Shown here: piece after piece, positions 17,056-25,578 of the stretch
How positions within the stretch are numbered: position 1 is the first letter of the stretch
Layout: each line of letters begins with the position of its first letter
NCBI GenBank assembly: GCA_964577555.1
Contig: CAZNZM010000001.1
Coordinates: 125,842-157,841, forward strand
Direction of reading: 5' to 3'
DNA length: 32,000 nt
DNA from: an uncultured archaeon
GTDB taxonomy: Archaea; Iainarchaeota; Iainarchaeia; Iainarchaeales; Iainarchaeaceae
The notes under the pieces: model-generated
What the model was told of the DNA's origin: nothing
Database searches by the model: none
The model's input: the letters and a program-made list of their open reading frames with translations, nothing else
Made by a program: the position numbers and the translations under genes

Positions 17056-17190
17056 GCTACTTGAGCATAGCAAGCAATGTTGAGGACGAACGCTTTTGAT
17101 TAACCTTTTTAGAATTAAATCTGAGCCTAGCTGCTTTAATTCTTGGTACTTGTATAGTTTCTGTATCTTTTATGAATTCACGCCAATTCA
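17056..17190 (-). CDS. Unannotated mini-ORF, 44 aa (MNWREFIKDTETIQVPRIKAARLRFNSKKVNQKRSSSTLLAMLK)
   Basis: AAAGGAGG Shine-Dalgarno lies 8 nt upstream of ATG 17190. A TATA-like TTTATATATC is upstream, and the hairpin/T-run is downstream. Below the track cutoff. Confidence 0.35.
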
Positions 17191-17322
17191 TCCTCAAAAC
17201 CTCCTTTGATATCCCACCTAAGAGGTGAAACCTCGAACCACACGTTATAATTAATGCCTTTGATATATAAATAATAGTAAGTATAATAAATATATCTGCT
17301 ATAAAAAGTATAGTGTGATAAA

Positions 17323-17619
17323 ATGGGTGATTTTAGAAAAATAGAGGCTTTTATCTCCAAAAAGTATAATATTAGTATTTTAAGGGAGCTTTTAAACAGC
17401 CAACAAGGTGTTGGATTTAATTCCTTGCTTAAATCGCTCGAGCCTATAACAGCAAGAGTTCTTTCTATTCGTTTGAAAGAGCTTGAAAAGGACGGGTTTT
17501 TACAAAAAAACTTGGTTTTGGGTACGAAGCCTAAAATAGAGTATAGGGCAAGCCAAAAGGCTGAAGGCTTGAAGAAAGTGATTAAAGAATTGGAAAAATT
17601 TGAAAAAAACTTGCAATGA
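17323..17619 (+). CDS. HxlR-type winged-helix transcriptional regulator
   Basis: 98 aa. FNSLLKSLEPITARVLSIRLKELEKDGFL...IEYRASQKAEGL matches the HxlR/MarR-like wHTH pattern. Confidence 0.7.
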   Translation: MGDFRKIEAFISKKYNISILRELLNSQQGVGFNSLLKSLEPITARVLSIRLKELEKDGFLQKNLVLGTKPKIEYRASQKAEGLKKVIKELEKFEKNLQ

Positions 17620-17807
17620 ATTTGTTAATCGATTAACTGGACAAAGATTATTTTAAACGTGGGTGTTGGCATTTGTAAAACATTTTTGTAAAATGTTGGT
17701 TGCGTTGGTTCTTCTAAAAGTTCGTTTTCAAACCAAACATAAAACCTTTTACCAAGCAGTTAAATTAATTAAGTTCATGGAAATTAATTTTAGATAGGTG
17801 GTTTTTG

Positions 17808-18038
17808 ATGGCTAAATTCAAGATAATATTTGACAGAAATAATTGTGTTGCCGCTGGTCCTTGTGCGGCTGTTGATTCGGTTCATTTCAAAATCGACCCG
17901 TCTGATGGTAAAGCAATATTAATTGGTGGCAAGGAAGTGAGCCCAGGGATTTTTGAACTTGAAGTTGATGATGATGAGCTTGGAAATCAAGCCGCTGCAG
18001 TTTGCCCAGCAGCAGTAATTACGGTAAAAAAATTATAA
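17808..18038 (+). CDS. Small single-cluster ferredoxin (3 Cys; 3Fe-4S/4Fe-4S type)
   Basis: DRNNCVAAGPCAAV...AAAVCPAAVI, i.e. C-x5-C...CP as in mono-cluster ferredoxins. AGGTGG SD is upstream. ATG 17808 preferred over TTG 17805. Confidence 0.65.
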   Translation: MAKFKIIFDRNNCVAAGPCAAVDSVHFKIDPSDGKAILIGGKEVSPGIFELEVDDDELGNQAAAVCPAAVITVKKL

Positions 18039-18071
18039 ATAATTATAAATATAAAAAAACAGGAGTCGATT

Positions 18072-18398
18072 ATGGATAGAAAAATTCAAGTGGTGCACTT
18101 ACTGGAAGGGCATAATATAGACAAGCTTGTATTAATGTCTAAAATTGAAAAATTTTATGACAAACTTGCAAAAAATTTTATGAGAGAAATTTTTATGGAA
18201 GTGCATTTCAAAGTTTACAATGACAAAGGCAAAATGGAAAGTAAACGTGAACAAATTGAAACAAAAATACATGTAAAAGCCCCCCACCTTAACCTAAATG
18301 CCTCTGAAACCGAATGGGACGCCATAAAGTCACTTAAAAAAGCGTTTAAAGCGATAGAAAAAGAAGCTGAAAAAGCGCTACACAAACAAGAAAAATGA
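18072..18398 (+). CDS. HPF/RaiA (ribosomal S30AE family)-like protein
   Basis: 108 aa. The pattern KIEKFYDKL...FMEVHFKV...IETKIHVKAPHLNLNASETEWDAIKSLKKAFKAIEKEAEKALHKQ parallels E. coli HPF ([56 protein letters not shown]). Confidence 0.45.
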   Translation: MDRKIQVVHLLEGHNIDKLVLMSKIEKFYDKLAKNFMREIFMEVHFKVYNDKGKMESKREQIETKIHVKAPHLNLNASETEWDAIKSLKKAFKAIEKEAEKALHKQEK

Positions 18399-18610
18399 AC
18401 CATAAATATAAACAAAATTTTCAAGCCCAAACTTTTGATTCGTCAAAAAACGATAATAAAAAGATAAACCATCAAAGCTAATTAGTTTTTTTAACTTTTG
18501 AATTTTTTTTTGTTTGGATTTGGCGCCTATTAGTATAAAATAGATGTTTGGATTTTAAAAATACTGCTTTTATTTTTTCCCGAGGAGGCTGTGAGAGGAG
18601 AGAGATCAAA

Positions 18611-19009
18611 ATGAGTCTGATAACTTTAACATTTGGTTCTGGTTCAAAGAAAAATATTAACAATAATTCAAACAACGAAAATGAGTCTGGTTTGAGTATT
18701 TCAACGCCTGAAAGTAGGCTAAAACAAAAAATATTGAAAGGAGTATCTAGTGGTACTGTAATTGTAAGAAAAGCATGCAGATTTTATTCGCGCGAGGAAG
18801 TCTTTATTTTGGGAGAAGTAACTGAAGGGCTTGTATCTGATGATATGAAGGTTTTTGTAGGTGAAAAAGAGCTTCATGTTATTGATATTGAATCTAAATA
18901 TGGGCGTGCAGCAAAGCCAGGTATGACTGTTGGAATTACTGTTACTGGAATTGATGACGATGAATTGCCGCAAGGCTCTGCTTTGTGCTTTAAATTAGCA
19001 TCATCGTGA
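18611..19009 (+). CDS. Hypothetical protein with EF-Tu domain-2-like beta-barrel
   Basis: GTVIVRKA...ILGEVTEGLVSDDMKVFVG..ELHVIDIES..RAAKPGMTVGITVTGIDDDELPQGSAL follows the translation-factor domain II pattern. ATG 18611 follows a GAGGAGG..GGAGAG stretch and is preferred to the track start at 18548. Confidence 0.4.
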   Translation: MSLITLTFGSGSKKNINNNSNNENESGLSISTPESRLKQKILKGVSSGTVIVRKACRFYSREEVFILGEVTEGLVSDDMKVFVGEKELHVIDIESKYGRAAKPGMTVGITVTGIDDDELPQGSALCFKLASS

Positions 19010-19307
19010 ACAGCAAAGAGTATATTTTTGAACTCTTGCAAAAAATTTTTTTGGCTGGCTTTTTTAATAATTAACCTTTATTGTAAATAAAAATGTGTTT
19101 CTGAGTAAGTCTAAGTAAGGTGCAAAGTCGTCTATACTTGTTTACTTGTTTTTAGTATTGTGCTGGTTTTTGCAAAGCGTTTTATTGTGGCAAATCAAAA
19201 AAGTTCTCTACAAAAAAATAAAACAAGCACCTCCGATCTTAAATAAACATAGATTTACAGCCTATAAAGTATTGTTTAAGGTTGATTAAGGTTGAGTGAT
19301 AGTAGTT

Positions 19308-20048
19308 TTATATTTTTACTATAAAAGCTGGTTTGCGTTTGTGTTCTGTGGCTTTTATTTGGGTGAGAATTTTTTTAATGGTGTTTTTCTTATTTCTAGG
19401 TGGTTTTTTTTTGTGGATTATTAATGGCAATAATTCATCCAATTCTTCGTAAGTTATTCCTAATTCTTTTTCATCTTCTTGGCCAAGCCATAGTTCAGCA
19501 GTGGGTGTTTTTTTCAAAAACTGCACTGGCAACTTAAAATATTCAGCCAAAGCTTTTACTTGGCTTTTATAAAGGTCTGCTATTGGAAATATATCTGCTG
19601 CGGCATCACCGTGTTTTGTAAAATAACCCATATAAAATTCGGATTTGTTTCCTGTGCCTACAACAAGGGCGTTATTTGAATTGGCGTAGTTATAAAGAAT
19701 TACTGCTCTTATTCTGGCGTTGAGGTTTGCTTCGGCAATTTTGTTTTGCTTCCAAGGTGTTTGTTCGAACATTTCAAGCTTGCGGTCTATTGGTAGGACA
19801 TGATATTCTACCCCAAAGGTTTCTGCTAAGTTTTTGGCATCCAAAATGTTTTCCATTTTCGTGATTTTTGTGTTTGGCATTATTAAAGCCGTGACGTTTT
19901 CTTTGCCCAACGCTTTTACGAGCAAGGCAAGCACTACTGCCGAGTCTATACCGCCACTCAAACCTAAAACTGCTCTTTTAGAGCCGTTTTCAGCAAAATA
20001 TTTTTTTATTCCGAGAATTATTGTGTTTGCAATCTTTGAAGCATTCAT
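19308..20048 (-). CDS. nadE: NH3-dependent NAD+ synthetase
   Basis: LGLSGGIDSAV PP-loop motif, then VVGTGNKSE and FTKHGD. 246 aa. Confidence 0.85.
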   Translation of the reverse strand: MNASKIANTIILGIKKYFAENGSKRAVLGLSGGIDSAVVLALLVKALGKENVTALIMPNTKITKMENILDAKNLAETFGVEYHVLPIDRKLEMFEQTPWKQNKIAEANLNARIRAVILYNYANSNNALVVGTGNKSEFYMGYFTKHGDAAADIFPIADLYKSQVKALAEYFKLPVQFLKKTPTAELWLGQEDEKELGITYEELDELLPLIIHKKKPPRNKKNTIKKILTQIKATEHKRKPAFIVKI

Positions 20049-20103
20049 AAAACATATTGAATTGCATTAAGCTTAAACGCATTGCTTTAAATCAAATAAA
20101 GGC

Positions 20104-20775
20104 TTATTTTTTGTCGATAATTGATATTAAATCTGAAAATGAATTTAATTCATAATCGGCTTTATATTTTGAATTTTTAAATATTTGACCGTATTTTGCC
20201 AAAGCAGTTTTCATGCCAAGGTTTTTTGCTCCAGCAATATCTCTTATAGGATTGTCCCCAACAAATAATATTTCTTCTGGCTTCGCACCGATTACATTTA
20301 ATGCTGCTTTGAATGGCAATTCGTTTGGCTTTGCCACGCCAGTATCGTCAAGAGTTATAACTACATTAAAAAAGTCGGACAATCCCATCTCTGTCAATCT
20401 TAACCAGGCTCTCATTCTTGGAGCATCAGTAACAATTCCTAAAATAAGCCCTTTTTCCTTAAGAGCAATCAAAGTACTCCTAACTCTTGGATATGGTTCC
20501 AAATAACCTGCTTGAACTCTCCTATAAGCAGTAATGCCTCTCGCCAAAATTCGATAATCAACTTTTCCTGTAACTTTTCTCAGGAATTTTTGAAATATTC
20601 TTTGATTTTCAATTCCATGTTCTTCGTAAAGTTCAAACAATTTCTTGTAAGCTTCGTCCTTTGCCATGTTTAAACCAGCATCAATCATGGCTGAAATTGC
20701 GGCTTCGCAACTTCTTCGTTTCATTGTCATAAAATCGATTAAAGTATTATCAAGGTCAAAGAGAACTGCTTTCAT
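20104..20775 (-). CDS. HAD-superfamily hydrolase
   Basis: MKAVLFDLDNTLIDF (DxDxT motif I), GIVTDA (motif II), VGDNPIRDI (motif IV). Confidence 0.75.
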   Translation of the reverse strand: MKAVLFDLDNTLIDFMTMKRRSCEAAISAMIDAGLNMAKDEAYKKLFELYEEHGIENQRIFQKFLRKVTGKVDYRILARGITAYRRVQAGYLEPYPRVRSTLIALKEKGLILGIVTDAPRMRAWLRLTEMGLSDFFNVVITLDDTGVAKPNELPFKAALNVIGAKPEEILFVGDNPIRDIAGAKNLGMKTALAKYGQIFKNSKYKADYELNSFSDLISIIDKK

Positions 20776-20840
20776 TTGATATAAAATTGGGACTAATAGG
20801 ATAAAAACTTTATATATAGGTTAATTCATTTTTTAAAGGT

Positions 20841-21077
20841 ATGAAAATTGATGAAAGTACAAAAGTTTTTGGAAAATCAATTTCGTTTTTTGTTTATGGT
20901 GTAGCGCTAGGCTCTCTTTTTATTTGGTGTATAATTCAAGGTATTAAAGTTCATTTAAACAACATGGAAACACTTGCGTTTTCCTATTATTTTTTAGGGT
21001 GGGTATCAGGGGTTGGGGGTTTGGCGCTTTATTGGCAAGCAAAAAGACTCTTCCACTTTGCTGAAATATCAAAATAA
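20841..21077 (+). CDS. Small membrane protein (two predicted TM helices)
   Basis: 78 aa with two hydrophobic stretches: SISFFVYGVALGSLFIWCII and FSYYFLGWVSGVGGLALYW. Confidence 0.4.
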   Translation: MKIDESTKVFGKSISFFVYGVALGSLFIWCIIQGIKVHLNNMETLAFSYYFLGWVSGVGGLALYWQAKRLFHFAEISK

Positions 21078-21101
21078 AAAATTAAGAAACTGATTTTTGT
21101 T

Positions 21102-21350
21102 TTATTTTTTCTTTTTTGGTGATGCTGAGTTTTCAATTATTGTTTTGTCACCATCAAACCCAAACAAGTCTTCAACTTTTTTTCCTGATTTTACGCTTTC
21201 GTTGAATTCTTTAATATCTTCTTCATCCAAACCCAAATTTTTCAATATCTTGTCATGATCTTCTAAAGTCATTTGGTTAAATTCTTCCCTCCAAATCTTC
21301 ATATCTTCAGTGTCTGGAAGAGGATGGCCTTCCCTTTTTCTTGTTATCAT
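21102..21350 (-). CDS. Small acidic hypothetical protein, 82 aa
   Basis: Clean ORF, non-repetitive, with a K-rich tail. No family recognised. Confidence 0.4.
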   Translation of the reverse strand: MITRKREGHPLPDTEDMKIWREEFNQMTLEDHDKILKNLGLDEEDIKEFNESVKSGKKVEDLFGFDGDKTIIENSASPKKKK

Positions 21351-21499
21351 GACATAATAAACGCCTTACAGCTTTATAAATTTTACAGAAAACATTGCCA
21401 GCAAAAAACATTAAAAAGAGAAAAAGCCAAAATATTGGAAGGAAAACAAACTAAGCCAAATAATTTAATTACAAACAAAAAAATTAACTGGAATTTGTA

Positions 21500-22110
21500 A
21501 AAAACAAGGATAAATTCAATTGCAAGAAAAAATAGTTCAAAATTTGGCAAATAAAATAAAATTGAAAAAAAACGGCTCGCCAAAAAAACAAAATTAAAAA
21601 AATGGCTTGCAAAAAAAACAAACAAAAAAAACGACTTGCAAAAAAATGAAAAAAATAAAAAAACAACTCAAAAAACAAACAACAAAAAAACAACTTGACA
21701 AAAAAAAAGAATTCAAAAAAAAAAAGAAAAATGACAAAAAAATTGGCTTGCAAAACAAATCCAAAAATAAAAAACTTGACCAAAAAAAACAACAAAAACA
21801 AAACTCACAAAAAAATGACCACAAAAAAATCAGCTTGCAAAAAACAAAACAAAAAAAATAAAAAAAAACAAATTTCAAAAAAAACGTCTAACAAAAAAAT
21901 AAAAAAAACACACAAAAAAAATTACCAAAAAAAAACAAACAACAACAAAAAAACTTGACTCAAAAAAAACAAAATTGGCTCGCAAAAAAAACCAAGCCAC
22001 AAAAAAAATAACCCAATTAAAAAAAATACATAGAAACGCTTAAAATACAAAAAAAGAAAAATCACAAAAAAAACAGCTCACAAAAAACACAAAAAAATAA
22101 TTTATTTTTC
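21500..22110. repeat. A-rich (on +) spacer of the dispersed family, upstream of xerA
   Basis: Shares a block of about 51 nt (21565-21615) and a block of about 65 nt (21691-21755) with 11.6-12.3 kb. Additional cores: CGACTTGCAAAAAAA (about 21633), CAGCTTGCAAAAAAC (about 21831), TTGGCTCGCAAAAAAAA (about 21975), CAGCTCACAAAAAAC (about 22074). Confidence 0.8.
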
Positions 22111-22146
22111 AAAAAAGTTTCGTGATAAAAGTTTTATTGTTCAAAT

Positions 22147-23025
22147 ATGTTCTTATTTAACATGGACGAAAAAGATCAGGAAGCGATTAAAGAAGCAGAA
22201 TATCCAAAATTTATCATGGAATTCAAACAAGAACTCATAATAGCAGGATTAAGCCCTCGGACGATAAAAATGTATTTGCTTTACATTTCAGATTTTTTTG
22301 AATTTACAAAAAAAGAGCCAAAAGACATAACCAGAAGCGATATTGTCAATTTTTTGGCAAAAATTAAAGAGAGAGGTAATTCAAATGCCACTCTTGCGCT
22401 TTGCCATGCGGCATTTAAATATTTTTTCCAAACGTGGCTGAAAATGAATGTATTAAATGATGTAAAAATTCCTAAAAAAAACAAACACCTGCCTATTGTC
22501 CTTTCTAAAGAGGAAGTTAAACAATTACTCCAAGCAGTAAAACCAGGCAAAAACAGATTGCTTCTTCAATTTATTTATTCGACTGGAACACGAGTAAGCG
22601 AAGCTGTAAATATGAAAGTAGAAGATTTTAATTCCAAAGAAAGAATAGCAAAGGTAAAATCTGGAAAAGGAGACAAAGACAGGATAATAATTCTTTCAAA
22701 AAATTGGTGTTTAATGGCAAAAAAATATTTGGAAAGAAAAAAAGTAAAAAGTCAATTTTTTTTCACTAAAAAGAATGGAAAACCAATAACAGCAACTACA
22801 GTTCAGAGAATAGTAAGATACGCAGCCAAAAAAGCAGGTTTGAACAAGGAAGTAACCCCGCACACTCTCAGGCATAGTTTTGCCACTCATTTGCTTGAGG
22901 CTGGAGAAAACATTAGAAATATACAAGAATTGCTTGGGCATAGCAGTTTAAGCACAACACAAATATACACTCACGTTTCAACAGAACAATTAAAAAAAGT
23001 CAAAAGCCCCCTTGATGAATTATAA
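22147..23025 (+). CDS. xerA: Tyrosine site-specific recombinase, XerA/XerCD-like
   Basis: C-terminal catalytic motifs: TGTRVSEA (Arg I), HTLRHSFATHLLEAGENIRNIQELLGHSSLSTTQIYTHV (H-x-x-R ... Y). An N-terminal SAM-like core-binding domain is present. An alternative start exists at 22162. Confidence 0.85.
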   Translation: MFLFNMDEKDQEAIKEAEYPKFIMEFKQELIIAGLSPRTIKMYLLYISDFFEFTKKEPKDITRSDIVNFLAKIKERGNSNATLALCHAAFKYFFQTWLKMNVLNDVKIPKKNKHLPIVLSKEEVKQLLQAVKPGKNRLLLQFIYSTGTRVSEAVNMKVEDFNSKERIAKVKSGKGDKDRIIILSKNWCLMAKKYLERKKVKSQFFFTKKNGKPITATTVQRIVRYAAKKAGLNKEVTPHTLRHSFATHLLEAGENIRNIQELLGHSSLSTTQIYTHVSTEQLKKVKSPLDEL

Positions 23026-23445
23026 ATAAACAAAGGCAAAAGCAAAGATTTTGATACCCCCTTTAGTTCCACTAATAAGTGTGGTGATTTGGCGTTTTCA
23101 ACACAAAAGAAGATAATTTGCCAACAAACACAGACATAGACCAAACACGAGTTTGTTGATTTTTTTAATTATGAAAAAAACTTTTGTTATGTAGCAACGC
23201 TCGGCAATGTTGATTGATGAATAATAAAAAATTTTTGAAAATAAAAATTGAGAATATGAAGTAATGTTTGGACTCTTACTTATTGTGATTTTAAAAACAA
23301 TGAATTTTATACTAAGGTTTATTTTATTGTAGAATTCATATTTCAAATTTTTTTAGCTTGAGTTTTTGTTGAATTTTAATGTAAAGATTTATATATGTGA
23401 TATTTCTTATTATTTCAAAATTGTTTTTATGAGGAGGAATTACAA

Positions 23446-23775
23446 ATGACCACTAGAATTTCAAAGCTCTTCGGTATGGATATTTATACTACTGAAGGTG
23501 ATTATAAAGGAAAAGTTTTTGATCTTGTTATAAACCTTGAAAAGGGCAGGATTGAAACAATAACCACCGAACCATTAAAAGCCAGGACAAAGCAGGAAGC
23601 GAAAAAAATCATTACAGAAAAAAGTGTGCCTTACAACAGAGTAAGAGCCGCCAAAGACATAATTGTTGTGGGCAACACCCCGAGGCCTGATGCTCTTGAA
23701 GAGGAAGAAGAACCAGCACCACCAGTAAGGCCCGGCATGAGGCCTCTGCCACCAAGGTTACCAAAAAGATATTAA
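23446..23775 (+). CDS. PRC-barrel domain protein with Pro/Glu-rich tail
   Basis: ISKLFGMDIYTTEGDYKGKVFDLVINLEKGRIETI matches the PRC-barrel N-terminal pattern. GAGGAGG SD is upstream. Confidence 0.55.
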   Translation: MTTRISKLFGMDIYTTEGDYKGKVFDLVINLEKGRIETITTEPLKARTKQEAKKIITEKSVPYNRVRAAKDIIVVGNTPRPDALEEEEEPAPPVRPGMRPLPPRLPKRY

Positions 23776-23862
23776 ATTAAAAAAACATATTTTGTTTAAC
23801 TATCAATGTTTATGTTTTAATTTTATACATAAGAAAATTTTAAAATAATAAACATTATATTA

Positions 23863-24465
23863 GTGGAAGTGTGGGGTCTCACTTTGGTTAAAGGGTTTTA
23901 TATAAAGTATAATTTCATTTTGGCTGATAATGTTAAGTATTCTTCATATACTTACCAGAAGCTTTTTAGGGCAATTTATGGTTATACTCAAAATGTAACA
24001 AAAGCTAATGGTAAGACTTATCGTTATCATAGGAAGGGTGTTCTTTCTGACGTTCCCTATATAAAAACCGGTAAAAACAGTGTTATTATTCCTCCTAAAG
24101 CTCTCAATTCTTTGGATAATTTTTTTAAGACTGGCAAAAACCCCGCTCATTATTGGCAAGCTAAGGGTAATTGGAAGGCTACTTTTTACATGGATGAAAA
24201 GGAGCTTGGCGAGTCTCAGGTTGTTGCGGCAATTAAATCTCATATTTCTCGCGCTTTTCAGACTATGTCTGGTGATGTGTTTGTGCCTGATATTACTGTT
24301 CTTGCTGGGAAGGCTAAAGCTGGCGAGGTTGTTCCTGAAGAGCACATAAAAATTTCTTTGGAGGAGGCTGAGAAAATCATTTCTAATCCTTGGTTTAAGG
24401 ATGTTTATTCAAAAGATCCTGATTTGAAGAAGTTTTTTGAAAATTATAAATTTTTTAAACCTTAG
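23863..24465 (+). CDS. Hypothetical protein, about 200 aa (start uncertain, GTG)
   Basis: Long ORF with strongly G/T-ending codons, like serS and lysS. No family recognised. Confidence 0.5.
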   Translation: MEVWGLTLVKGFYIKYNFILADNVKYSSYTYQKLFRAIYGYTQNVTKANGKTYRYHRKGVLSDVPYIKTGKNSVIIPPKALNSLDNFFKTGKNPAHYWQAKGNWKATFYMDEKELGESQVVAAIKSHISRAFQTMSGDVFVPDITVLAGKAKAGEVVPEEHIKISLEEAEKIISNPWFKDVYSKDPDLKKFFENYKFFKP

Positions 24466-24600
24466 TGTTTTCTTTGTTTTAATTATTTTTTGTTTTTGCA
24501 AGCTTGTTTTTTTATTATTTTTTTTAGTCTAAATTTGTTTTTTATGGTTTTATGTTTTTTGCTTTTCAGTGTTTTGTTTTTTGTTGGGCACTCTTTAATT
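24466..24600. repeat. T-rich spacer, minor member of the dispersed family
   Basis: Contains TTTTTGCAAGCTTGTTTTT (about 24500-24518), the reverse complement of the CAGCTTGCAAAAA-type cores, embedded in T-runs. Confidence 0.4.
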
Positions 24601-24657
24601 AATTAACTTAATTAAATTATTAACTTTATTTTGTTAAAATTTTTAAAAATCAATTTG

Positions 24658-25071
24658 TTATGTAGTATTTGTAACGGTCTTTTTTTCCTCTTTCTTTTCC
24701 TCCTCATTTTTTGCTTTTATTTTTATCAATATGTCTTTTTTTCTCCACTTCTTTTTTTCCCCTATGTTTGTTGTCTCCAAAAGACCAACATCTACAAGGG
24801 TTTTCACGTATGGGTATAAACTTCTTTTATTTTGGTAATCTACCCCAAAAAGTTCTTTTATTCTCCTTAATATTTCTTCCATTGTTACCCATTCCTCAAA
24901 TCCGATGACTGTTAAAATATGAGCTGCCTGGGTATTTTCATTAAATTTTATATAATCCCATATACTGTGGATTTCTTCTATTTCTGGTTTTGTTTCATAT
25001 ATTGTCTTATTTTCCTCTTTTTGAGGCCGATTTCCAAACAGGATTTTTTTTATAAATTCTATTATTGCCAT
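24658..25071 (-). CDS. Hypothetical protein, probable winged helix, Lys/Glu-rich tail
   Basis: 137 aa. RSLYPYVKTLVDVGLLETTNIGEKKKWRK resembles a wHTH recognition helix and wing. Confidence 0.5.
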   Translation of the reverse strand: MAIIEFIKKILFGNRPQKEENKTIYETKPEIEEIHSIWDYIKFNENTQAAHILTVIGFEEWVTMEEILRRIKELFGVDYQNKRSLYPYVKTLVDVGLLETTNIGEKKKWRKKDILIKIKAKNEEEKKEEKKTVTNTT

Positions 25072-25077
25072 GGTTAA

Positions 25078-25170
25078 TAGTAATTACTGCTATCTTCTTA
25101 TAATCTTTACTGTAATTTCTGTAATTACTAAATTTACTTACTGTAATTTCTATTCATTATAGTAATTACT
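25078..25170. promoter_or_regulatory. Operator-like array of three GTAATTAC palindromes upstream of the 24658-25071 gene
   Basis: TAGTAATTACT at 25078-25088, TGTAATTACTA at 25120-25130, TAGTAATTACT at 25160-25170, with spacing of about 40-42 bp. ACTGTAATTTCT occurs twice (about 25109 and 25139). Confidence 0.4.
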
Positions 25171-25503
25171 TAATTATTTTCGTTGTTTGACTAATTTTGT
25201 GAGAATTTTTAAATTTTTTCTAAATGTTCAAGTTAAAAGTGAGTTTTTTTATAAGTATAAAAAATTTCTAAAAATTACGAGTTGTTTTCTTTCAAAAATT
25301 TTAAATTTTTTGAGTAGGTTTTTCCAACTAGATTTTTTTCCCAAATACTTTTTTTTATACTGTTGGTTTAAATTGAGTGTTTTTATTTTTTGTATTTTTA
25401 TTGAATTTTTTTAGAAATTGATTTTTCACTATAAAAAAAATTATAAATTAACTAATTAAAATTAAAAAATTAGGGTTTATTTGTTTGTTTTTTTGAAAAT
25501 ATA

Positions 25504-25578
25504 TAGCGGGGGAAGGATTTGAACCTCCGACCTTCGGGTTATGAGCCCGACGGGCACTCCTGACTGCCCCACCCCGCT
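25504..25578 (-). tRNA. Initiator tRNA-Met(CAT), no intron
   Basis: AGCGGGG acceptor with A1:U72. Anticodon arm TCGGG-CTCATAA-CCCGA has three consecutive G:C pairs. T arm GGAGG-TTCAAAT-CCTTC, discriminator A. 75 nt. Confidence 0.85.

Noticed and set aside
14874-17322. Firm call of a replication origin (Orc1/Cdc6 gene plus ORB boxes)
   Set aside because: No AAA+ Orc1/Cdc6 ORF is in the window, and no ORB or mini-ORB-like repeats were recognised. Only the compositional flip and AT-rich repeats support it, so it is reported as a tentative finding rather than a feature.
17178-17360. 60-aa Tyr-rich minus-strand ORF
   Set aside because: It spans the AT-rich divergent promoter and overlaps the HxlR gene start. 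Its product is low-complexity (YIYYTYYYLY). The 44-aa ORF with a strong SD lies downstream in a different frame.
19278-19297. Tandem TTAAGGTTGA x2 just beyond the nadE stop, and weak spacer-family-like motifs in 19010-19307
   Set aside because: This is a short duplication in a convergent-terminator spacer, and the motifs are too degenerate to assign to the dispersed family.
21607-21958. Lys-rich ORFs (84 and 87 aa) on + in the A-rich tract, and the Phe-rich ORFs on - at 11580-12183, 21383-21878 and 31543-31857
   Set aside because: These are open only because homopolymer A/T tracts lack stop codons. All three frames are open, homopolymer-length differences between copies break the frames, and the products are extreme low-complexity.
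23098-23346. 82-aa minus-strand ORF downstream of xerA
   Set aside because: AT-rich low-complexity product with no RBS. The region is more likely non-coding.
23026-23445. dif-like Xer recombination site next to xerA
   Set aside because: I searched by eye for an 11-6-11 imperfect palindrome of the dif type. I found only weak inverted repeats with wrong spacing. Nothing is supportable without a consensus scan.
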